DNA of 64,000 bases from Dendrobates tinctorius. Its lineage: Eukaryota. Shown piece after piece: positions 14,327 to 24,119 of the stretch; position 1 is the stretch's first letter; every line of letters starts with the position of its first letter. A program made the translations under genes and the position numbers. Location: positions 32,302,001 to 32,366,000 of the forward strand of contig NW_027361775.1 of the NCBI RefSeq assembly GCF_039654945.1. Direction: 5' to 3'. The notes under the pieces are model-generated. The model did no database searches. It was not told where the DNA came from and saw nothing but the letters and a program-made list of their open reading frames with translations.

Positions 14327-14626
14327 GATATACATTGTCTTTGAGCGTGGAAAGCTTGAAACCGGTAAATGTTCCATTGATGTAATTGGTGCCATTAGAA
14401 TCAGTAGTAACAATGTGAACAACCTTTTCCTTTACGGCAAAGAAGCTGATGAAGACAGTGATCAAAACCACCATCACGACGATGAAAATGAGAAAGGTGG
14501 CTTTGGCATATATACTGGCTCCAACCAGGCAAACCACGAGGCACAGGAAAAGCAGAACGCTGCCATAAAGGAACTCGTACCAATAGCTCTGGGGCAAAAC
14601 ATGAACTCCGCTTTTTCCACCTTCAC
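14327..14626 (-). CDS. SLC12A9: SLC12A9-type exon (300 bp, phase 1/1), transmembrane segments
   Basis: Encodes GEGGKSGVHVLPQSYWYEFLYGSVLLFLCLVVCLVGASIYAKATFLIF...GTFTGFKLSTLKDNVY. Acceptor tgacAG, donor GTAAGT at 14326-14321. Splices in frame with both neighbouring exons. Confidence 0.92.
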
Positions 14627-14726
14627 CTGTCAATCATATTTTGAAATCATTAGTTATTGGAGCATGTACATAACATATATAAAATAATGACAGTACAGTA
14701 CTCTTCTGTATATACTGAAGAATTAA

Positions 14727-15144
14727 GGCAAGTTTCACATTAGCGTTTGGAGGCGCAGCGGACGCTCGTCGTGAAGCTCAGCCCCCTGCAGCGCCTCCTC
14801 CGGTCAGCTCCGCCTACGGGCGCATGCCGCTGGATGTGACCTGCGTACCCTATCTTTAGCATTGGGTACGCAGGCCGTGCGCAGGTATGCTTTTGCCGCC
14901 GCATGCGTCCTTTTGACGGTTCAGCGACCTGCGCCAAATGCAACGTGTTGCATTTTGATGCGATTGCCGCACAGTCAAAAGCATACCTGCGCACGGCCTA
15001 TGTACCCAATGCTAAAGATAGGGTACGCAGGCCGCATGCAGCGGCATGCGCCCATAGGCGGAGCTGATCGGAGGAGGCGCGGCAGGGGGCGGAGCTTCAC
15101 GGCGAGCGTCCGCTGAGCCTCCAAACGCTAATGTGAAATTAGCC
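14727..15144. mobile_element. Harbinger-type fold-back MITE, 100 bp from an exon acceptor
   Basis: TAA TSD; ~180-bp inverted arms; CpG-rich. Confidence 0.88.
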
Positions 15145-15395
15145 TAAAGGGGTGATGCAGCCATTTAAAATTGCATAGCCTTAGGATGAAAAAAAAAAAA
15201 AGATTTTTGCATTTTCTTTTCCCATAGCCTTAGGATGAGCCAGATTGGTGGTGGTCTATCCCAACAATTCAATGTTTGAAGGGTAAAATAGACTGGTTTG
15301 TACTTTTCGTAGCTGCTATGCCAAGAATTGTAGGGTTGTCCCATTCAAGCGAAGAGTAAAAAAGTCAGACCCCCACTGATCTAATATTGATTGAT

Positions 15396-15813
15396 ATTCA
15401 ACTGGGATATATAGGTGGCTTTCTTCGCTGCTGGTGAAGTTCCACGGATGAACCAGGACACACAGGATGAAGGAATATGCGGTTTGTATTATCTACGCGT
15501 TATACAACTTCTTCCTCAGGATAAAAGCACAACCGACTGTGGTTGTATCCTGAGGAACTAGCTGGATAACTTCGAAATGGGTAGATAATAAAAATCAACT
15601 ATTTCTTCATCTTGTTCATCTGTGGAACTTCACCAGCAGCGCAGAAAGCCACCTATATATCCCAGTTGAATATTATCCTGGGTTTTATCCCGTGGCTTGC
15701 AGCAGCTGGTTCTGAGCAAGCCGAGTTGCTGAGCAAGGTCTCTATATCCTTTATATTTGTACCATCGGATAAAGCCCTATTGTGCTCTTTTGTTTCCCAG
15801 TTTTTCCTCCTGA
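15396..15813. mobile_element. Penelope-derived inverted-pLTR element with decayed hammerhead cores
   Basis: Inverted arms ~15394-15523 and 15546-15673; 14-bp TSD TAATATTGATTGAT (15382-15395, 15814-15827); TATC-CTGAGGA...GAAA(CGCG)TA-GATA consensus. Confidence 0.7.
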
Positions 15814-17365
15814 TAATATTGATTGATGGCACAGGTCATCAATTGTAAATGGCTAGATAACCCCTTCATCCTCAACCTGTCTAATAGCTACAGTATATTC
15901 TCAAAGACTATAACCGGACAATAAAAAAATAATTATTTCTATTTTATGTAGGAATTATTCTATTCTGGATCTTCATTTTCATTTAGTATTCAATTTACGG
16001 TAATTGGCTTTTTAGATTTTATTTTGAAAATACAGCCCAGTTTCTTTCCACCGATTCCTGGAAAGGCTGATCTTGGACTACCACTGATTTCTGGAAATAT
16101 GCTGAATACTCAAACTTCTTGAGTACCGCCTCGAGATTTCTGCTGCTGAAAATCAGAAACAAATTTGGATAAATGGCATTTGCTACTAAGTCCGCCTTAG
16201 TTTTTCCCTGCGCGTCAGTGTTTCATGTAACCAGCGGAGTAGAGTTGAGCGAATTTTTCAAAATTCTGTTCCGATTACAAATTGGCGGCGAATATTGTAT
16301 TTGCAATATTCGTCAAACACAGCTGAACGTCATTGGATTCAATGGGAGTAGAAATGACCCTATATGTTCGGAATTAATCGTCAAACATAAATATGGCACA
16401 AATATGGCAAATTTAAATATACTTTACTATATAAAATATTTTAACATAATCATAATATAATGTAAAACATAATATTACTTTTCTATATGATTTAGGGTCA
16501 TGTACCCTGAATAATACATTAAGTAACCAGCCAGTAGTATTAATCAATGGTAACAGAAAGATTTGCAGATAATAGCATACAGCAACCTTCCCCAATGTCC
16601 TTCATTTTGCTTCTTTATAACCCATGGATCACATATAAGTGAATGGAAACATAAAAGAAGCATGAAGACAAGCCAGTGAGGAGAGTGTTAAACGAACAAT
16701 GCTCTTTCTGACAGCTACAAGCCGGTTGAAGCTTCCATCTCAGCATCATATTCATGATTGCGAATCGGCCATCTCTAGATTGGCGTGAAATGAGTGGAAA
16801 ATTAGGAGTAAACAACATTTTTAAGAAGGGACAGCGAGCCGTGATTTCCGAGAGCAGATCAGAGCGCTCCGTACTTGTGTCTCGGGGGAAGAGAGGCAGA
16901 GAGTGTGTTTATCTCATGCGTCTTCATCAAGGCAGAGGAATCACTGATGAGCAGAGGCAGCACTAGCAACTTTCCACATTTCACTTGAGGGAGACTTTCC
17001 TGTTCATGCAAATTGAAGAGCATCAGGGGCCCAGTAAGAGGAGCTTGCAACAAGAGAAAGAGCTGGGAAAAGCAAAATGTCTGATCAAACCCAGATTTAT
17101 ACAGAACACCAGACTTGTTTCATCGCTTCAAGTATCAGACCCTCGCTGTCCCTTAGGGAAGAGCAACATGTTCAAAAATAACATTCTGGGCAAGTTCTTC
17201 ATAAGGAACAATGAGATTCTAGTCCTTCAGGCCAGAAATTATACCGCTCGTGTGGCTCGGAAACAGAAGAAACTGCGAATTGTAATTACTAAAGCTTGTG
17301 AAAATGCATTTAATTCTGGAATCGATAATAATGTTTATACGTGGGCAAATATTTCATGGACTTAC

Positions 17366-17503
17366 CTGCTGAAATCCCAAACATGGCCACGATAGTCTCT
17401 ACCAAACCAAGGAGGTACAGAGCGCTTCCACAGACATTAGCCAAAAAGAACATTATACCGATACTACCACCGAATTCAGGTCCCAGGGCTCTGCTGATCA
17501 TGT
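17366..17503 (-). CDS. SLC12A9: SLC12A9-type cation-chloride cotransporter, internal exon (138 bp, phase 1/1)
   Basis: Encodes (Y)[45 protein letters not shown](G), the SLC12 signature region. Acceptor ...ctcccAG at 17505-17504, donor GTAAG at 17365-17361. Could be an SLC12A9-like paralog. Confidence 0.92.
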
Positions 17504-17940
17504 CTGGGAGCTAATGTTAAGGGTAATGTATGCAGAGAGACAAACAGATGTAAAATAACCTTCACAAATAGACTTAACACCAAGTAAAAGAATACTGTAA
17601 CACTAAAGGAGGTATCCGAGACTCTTTTAGAGAAAGGGACTAAGAACTTACTGGCAGGTAACTACTACAGAGGGGGATCAGCTGTCAATCAACATGACAT
17701 CTGCAGTGACGCCCCGCCAACAAAGCAGACCGGAAGAGAAGAGCTCTGTTGATGTGGACATCACTGAAAGCAGGTGAGTCGCCGGTAGGTGCGGTTTGTG
17801 ATCACTGAGGTGGTGGAGATCATTGCTGGGAAGAACAGGGAAATTGTTCTAAGCTCCACCACAAAGAAAAGAAGTCACAGATAAGCTCTTTAATTAATGT
17901 TTTGTTCAGTTATTCATTCCATGTGAATAAAAAAAATCAA

Positions 17941-18186
17941 TGGCAGTGTGTTGACTCAGTGGTTAGCACTGTTGCTTTGCAGTGCAGCGCAGGGGTCCTG
18001 GGTCCAAGTCCCACCAAGATCAACATCTGAAAGGAGTTGGTATGTTCTCCGTTTGCCGATTTCCTCTCACACGCCAAAGACCTACTGATAGGGAATCTAG
18101 ATTGTGAGCCCCAATGGGGACAGCGATGATAATGTCTGTAAAGTGCTGTGGAATAAGATGGTGCTATAAAAGCAAAGCATAATAAT
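17941..18186 (+). mobile_element. SINE of the same family, with an internal deletion
   Basis: Homologous to 2911-3174; partially duplicated at 20587-20790. Confidence 0.8.
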
Positions 18187-18276
18187 GGCACCAAGACACA
18201 TAACAAAAAAAAAGATGAGGAAACTCAAAAAATCATCCACAGACCGCAACAAGACACCAAACACTATGATACAAAG

Positions 18277-20586
18277 TTTTTTCCCATAGAACGGAGGAAT
18301 ATCCGGCACTGTCCCTAAAAAAGAAATACCCGCATAGCTATGTTTAACCACTATCAGTGTAGTACCTGTTACCCTTATTGAACGGGTGCTCTATCCATGA
18401 AAAGAAAAACATGAAAAATCATGAAAAAAGCAGCAGGATAGCACTCACTGTTCTCTGGAATAATTCACTTTATTTCATGTTAACAAACCATAGGCGTCGG
18501 GCGCAGGAGGAATGTAAGAAGACGGACAACAGCCGTTTTGTGCGCAATGCACCTTAACAGGTCCTATGCTTAGGCTCAAGGAAACACAAGTTTATACCAC
18601 ATGTGTAAAAAGAAACTCCACCTTTTACCTGAACGTGTCTTCAAACCCTTAAATCAAAACCAAACAAAACATTATAAAAACAAACACAATTTACATACAC
18701 CATATAAAATAAAAATAAAACTGACAATCATAGCAGCTTCAGAGAAATACGGACATGTCTACTTTTTCATTAAGACCCAAAGGACCTGTGGCTTTTGTAC
18801 ACAGGATCCATTTTGCCTCTGTTTGTAAAAGAAGTTTTTTATGGTCCCCTCCATACTGCGGTGCAGACACCCGTTTAATGCCCGTAAACCGTAATGCCTC
18901 CGCATTCCCCCCATGTATCTTCCTCATGTGTTCTATAAGTCTGGGAACACCCTTTCCTGTGCTGATGGAATTCAAAATGTTCCCTGAATCTTACACAGAG
19001 GGGTCGAATGGTTTTCCCAATGTAGAAAAAACCTCATGGGCAAAGCAACGCATACACTACAAAAGTAGTCTTACAAGTAATAAATTCCGTGACCTCATGC
19101 AATATAGATCCCATTTTGATAGTTTTGCCACTTAATTTAAACGGACACCAAGAACAGTTTTTACATATATAATTTCCCTTTGGGGCACTAGATTATAACC
19201 AATTGTTTAGTTCATTTTGAAATCTATTCCTCACTAATAAGACTATGGACCCACGTAGCGTTTTAAAACGCACACTAAAAACCGGACTCCTTCCCAGAAA
19301 TCGCGCGTTTTTTTCCGTGCGATTTCACCGCGATTCTGTTCGCGATTTTCTCAAGCACTTTCCAAGCGATTTGAAGCATCGCTTGGAAAGTGATTGACAG
19401 ATTGGTCACACTCATCAAACATAGTGTTTGACAAGTGTGAGCAGCTTTTTACTATTGAGGCTGCCTATGTGGCATCAATAGTAAAAGATAAAATGTTAAA
19501 AATGATAAAAAAAAATAAAAAAATCGGGGTATATTTACCTTCCGACGTCCCGCACTGCCATCCCGGGCCACAGCGTTCCCAGTAATGCCTTGCGAGACCT
19601 GTGATGACGTTGGTCTCGCGTTGCTATAGCGATCTCGCAAGACCACGTCATCACAGGACCTTGCCACAAGGCATTACTGGGAACGCTGAGGCCGGGATGG
19701 CAGCGCGGGACGTCGGAAGGTAAATATACCCCGATTTATTTTTATTTTTTATTCTTTTTTTTACAGGGGGATGGTACCCAGGGCCTGGAGGACAGTCTCC
19801 TCTCCTCCACACCGTGGGTACCAACCGCACATGAGACGCTTAAGTTTACGCATGGTGGGCATAGCCACATGCGGGAAGTAAGCGATTCTCATGCATTACT
19901 ATGGGTGCGGAATCGCGGCAATTCTTTGCGATTCCGCACAAAAGAATGATCATGCTGCGATTTTTTCCGCGATGCGATTCCGCCGCGGAAAAAAGCGCAG
20001 CATTAGCACAGCATGTGCGGAATGCCATAGGAATGCATGGGGGGCGTTCTGTACACTATTTTTAAACGTTTTCGCACCGAAAATCGCAGCAAAAACGCTT
20101 AAAAATCGCATCGTGGGCACATAGCCTAAATCTCGAAGATTGGTACCCCTTTTACTTGCAAATAGTGGACCCCTAATAACCACATCTGTGAGGTCCCTGT
20201 CACTTTCCAGTAGATGCCAATTCTGTCTGATGACTGATCTAATGTGTCTATCCATAGAATTGTATGTGAAACTGAAAACAAACCGTTTCTCTTTTTCTTT
20301 TTTAATCTGCCTGGTGGTGACTGATTCACTATTGACCCTTTGTAGAGCGGAATCTAAAACAGAATCAGGGTACCCTCTTGTTATAAATCTACTGCGCAAC
20401 TCATTCGCTTGTCTGTGGAAACCTTCATTATGACTATTACATTTCTTTAATCTCAAAAATTGACTATATGGCAAGGAATTCTTTACATAATGGGAGTGTG
20501 CACTTTTGTAATGTAAAAGAGAATTAGTGGACGAAGATTTACGAAAAATTTCTGTGTGCAATACTCCATTGGCTAATCTTAGTCTT
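18277..20586 (-). mobile_element. 5'-truncated Penelope-like element (RT C-terminus + GIY-YIG endonuclease + pLTR), interrupted by a MITE
   Basis: HTEIFRK...LLHYKSAH...SLPYSQFLRLKK...FITRGYP at 20130-20583. After removing the MITE it continues LRDLLVRNRF...CKNCSWC...TCKTTFVVYALLCP*GFFYIGKTIRPLCVRFREH...LLQTEAKWI...GPLGLNE. Confidence 0.9.
19241..20126. mobile_element. Harbinger/PIF-type non-autonomous DNA transposon
   Basis: TAA TSD on both sides; TIR GGCTATGTGCCCACG (left end decayed). An inverted near-identical copy lies at 50913-51781. Confidence 0.85.
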
Positions 20587-22483
20587 TGCAGCGCAGGGGT
20601 CCTGGGTCCAAGTCCCACCAAGATCAACATCTGAAAGGAGTTGGTATGTTCTCCGTTTGCCGATTTCCTCTCACACGCCAAAGACGTACTGATAGGGAAT
20701 CTAGATTGTGAGCCCCAATGGGGACAGTGATGATAATGTCTGTAAAGTGCTGTGGAATAAGATGGTGCTATAAAAGCAAAGCATAATAATGGCACCAAGA
20801 CACATAAAAAAAAAAAAAAAGAGGAAACTCATAAAAAATCATCCACAGACAGCAACAAGACACCAAACACTACGATACAAAGAACAGGTGTAATGTAGTA
20901 GATTTACAAAATCTGGTTGTTATGATTCGTTTATCCTTTGCAATACAAAGGCTGACTTCACAAGACTAAATGCCCAACGACAAAGATTTCATAACATCAA
21001 CCGGCCCATAAAAATTGCTGCTAATCATACCATTTTGGCAAGTCACTTGTGGCACTTTTTAAATTACGGTATTCAGCGTCACATGGTGGCTGCCATAAAC
21101 TGCATCCATTGTATGTTCACATCTACTACATCTTGGATTAACACAATTTAACCCATTTTGGGTCAGAGAAAAAAAATATAGATTTTTTCTGTTTAAAAAC
21201 ACTGAAAATTGTGAAATGTTATTTTTGTTCTTATTGGGAACAGGACAAGTTATGCAAAAGTTAAGTGGCTTTGGCCTGATAGTCTTTAGTTGAAGAGCAA
21301 TTCACTTCGCACAACTCTCCAAGAGGTAATAATCTTCCTCCCACACTCTATCCCGCTGTAATAAAGAAAATTATAGGTTTACGATGATTCTGTAGCAATA
21401 AAAAAAAAAAGTCACAGAAACAAAGATTGATGAAAAATTCAATCTCTCTCACACAAGAGCACTAAAGGTGTCCATTGATATTTGGACCAAGACGCCGAAG
21501 ATCCTTAAATTGGAGGCTGAGTCGACACTTTGAACTTTTTATCATGTTCATCAAACCATTCCAGAACGATTTTTGCGAATCTGTACAAATTATCTTTCTG
21601 GAAGAGGCCACCACCATTTTGAAATACCACAACTATGCATGAAGCAGTATAATTGTCATGAAGGGTGGTGCTTGGATTGCAATAATTCTTAGGTAGGTTG
21701 TACATGTAAAGTAAAATCCCCATGAAATTTAGAATGACAATTTTCATTGCTCCATGGTCCAGTTTTCATGACTAGGTGTTCATTTAGCCACTTTCGGTGG
21801 TGGGCACTCTGTATGGTCTGAGGCTATGAAGTCCCATAGACAGTAAGCTGTGACGCACTGTGTTTTATGGCACTTTTGTATCATAGTAATTTTTTCGCTA
21901 ATTTTGTTACAGTAGATTTTCGTCACAATCAGAGCAGAAAGACTCTCCATACAGTGACATGTAAACATTTGGGCACCCCCAGTCAAAATTACTGTTATTG
22001 TGAACAGTTACGCAAGATGAAGATGAAATGATCTTTAAAAGGGCTAAAATTAAAGATGACACATTTCCTTTGTATTTTAAGCAAAAAAATATATATATTG
22101 TAATTTTTTACATTTTAATAATTACAAAAAAGGAAAAATGGGCAGATGCAAAGGTTTGGGCACCCTTGGAGATTTGTATGTCAGATATCTTTGACCAAGG
22201 TTTCAGACATTAATTAGCTTGTTAGAGTTATGGCTTGTTCACTATCATCATTAGGAAGGGCCAGGTGATGCAAATTTTCCAGCTTTAGAAAAACCCAGCC
22301 TCCTCTTACCTTGTGCCAAAAAAACAACAGCCATGGGTTCTTCTAAGTAGCTGCCTAGCACTCTGAAAATGAAAATGGTGGAGCCCTACAAAGCAGGAGA
22401 AAGCTATAAGAAGATAGGAAAGTGTTTTCAAGTTTCCTCAGTTAGAAATGTAATCAAGAAATGGCAGTTAACAGCAACAGTGG

Positions 22484-23304
22484 TGTTGTGAGTTCATTTT
22501 TCCCTTCACCATTGAGGTCTGATGAACTCCGTCCTCTAGTGAAGGAAGGTAGTGAGACTGATTACCAAACACCTGGGCAGCTAGACGATGACTGGGTGGC
22601 TGGAATTGAGGACTGGATATAAGGCTGCCGACGCCCTTCTTCCTGGCTGGTGATTTTCCTGCTGGATTCTTGGAGACCAGTCTGATTCCTGCATCTCAAA
22701 GCTAAGTTTTTCTGCTCTGCTTTGTACTCTTCAGTTTTGTTTTTGTTTTGCCTTGTTTTTTGGGAGTTCTGTCATCCCCGGCCGGGGGTGAGCTGAATTC
22801 CATTTTTGTCTCTGATCTGTTGATCTTTTGCTCTGTCTTCAGAATATACCTGAGTGCTGATATAGTCTTTTGAAGCCTAGCGACTTCAGGGCCTGTTTTT
22901 CCTATCAGTCGGTTGGCTCATTTTGATAGGGTTTTTGCGGATGGCAGACAGCAGCTTTCCTATCCTGTCCTATGTAGTTAGCTTGGGCCCCATCATTTGC
23001 TCAACCTATCTTTCTATCTGTGCTAGTGTTTTCATCTTGCTTCACCGTCATTATATGTTGGGGGCTGCCTATTGCTTTGGGGTCTGCTCTGGGGCAGTTT
23101 AGTTTTTCCCCTTTCTGTCTTTAGGCTATGTAGTTCTCCGGCTGTGATCGAGGGGTCTAGGGCACCGTAGGAACCCCCCCACGGCTACTGCTAGTTTTTG
23201 TGGATAGGTTCAGGGGTCTGCAATCCGATAGCTGCCAACCTCTCTGGTTTTTCTGGATTTAGCTTGTATTTTGTTATTTCCTCCTTCGGTGACTCATCAT
23301 AACA
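22484..23304 (+). repeat. 5' LTR (821 bp)
   Basis: TGTTGTGAG...CATAACA; TATAA at 22618-22622; near-identical to the 3' LTR. Confidence 0.96.
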
Positions 23305-23456
23305 GAATCACCAGCCATACCGCAGATCCTGGGGTACTCAATAGCAGGAGAGAATTGTAAAAAAAAAAAAAAAAAAAGTCACAATTTTTTTTTTTTTTTT
23401 TTGTGTGCATATTTTTCCTCTATATCTCTGAGGCCATAGGGGGAATTTTTCTCTCA

Positions 23457-24119
23457 ATGGAGATGAAGCAATTGTCTGATCGTGTGGAGCAGCTCGCTGC
23501 TGAAGTGCGGGGAATTTCCGCCTACCTTGCTCATTCACATGCTGCTGAACCAAAGATTCCTGCTCCTGATGTGTTTTTTGGGGATCGGTCTAAATTCTTG
23601 AATTTCAAGAATAATTGTAAATTATTTTTTGCCTTGAAGCCTAACTCGTCGGGGAACTCCGCGCAGCAGGTTAAAATTGTCATCTCTTTGCTGCGCGGCG
23701 ATCCCCAGGATTGGGCGTTTTCTTTGAAACCTGATGATCCTATTCTGAATAATGTGAACGCATTTTTTCAAGCCTTGGGGTTGTTGTATGATGAACCTAA
23801 TGCTATTGATCAGGCTGAAAAGACCCTGTTGGCATTAAGCCAGGGTCTGGATTCGGCAGAGTTGTACTGTCAAAAATTCCGAAAGTGGGCGGTCCTTACT
23901 ACCTGGAATGATGGTGCCTTGGCAGCCCTCTTTCAGAAGGGTTTGTCAGAAACTGTAAAAGATATTATGGTGGGATTTCCTGTTCCCTCTGGTCTTGACG
24001 ATTCTATGTCATTAGCCATTCAGGTGGATCGGTGTTTACGTGAACGCAAAACTACACGAGAAATGTTGCCACCTGTTGAACAAATGTCTGAACCTATGCA
24101 ATGTGATAGTTTTGTCTAG
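23457..24119 (+). CDS. gag: Gag (sushi/PEG10-like capsid)
   Basis: ATG at 23457 (MEMKQ...). Motifs PDVFFGDRSKF, ISLLRGDPQDWA, LSQG, FQKGLS, EPMQ. Confidence 0.88.
   Translation: MEMKQLSDRVEQLAAEVRGISAYLAHSHAAEPKIPAPDVFFGDRSKFLNFKNNCKLFFALKPNSSGNSAQQVKIVISLLRGDPQDWAFSLKPDDPILNNVNAFFQALGLLYDEPNAIDQAEKTLLALSQGLDSAELYCQKFRKWAVLTTWNDGALAALFQKGLSETVKDIMVGFPVPSGLDDSMSLAIQVDRCLRERKTTREMLPPVEQMSEPMQCDSFV

Noticed and set aside
19950-20798. 282-aa minus-strand ORF
   Set aside because: A chance in-frame chimera of antisense SINE, Penelope RT C-terminus and MITE sequence; not a gene.
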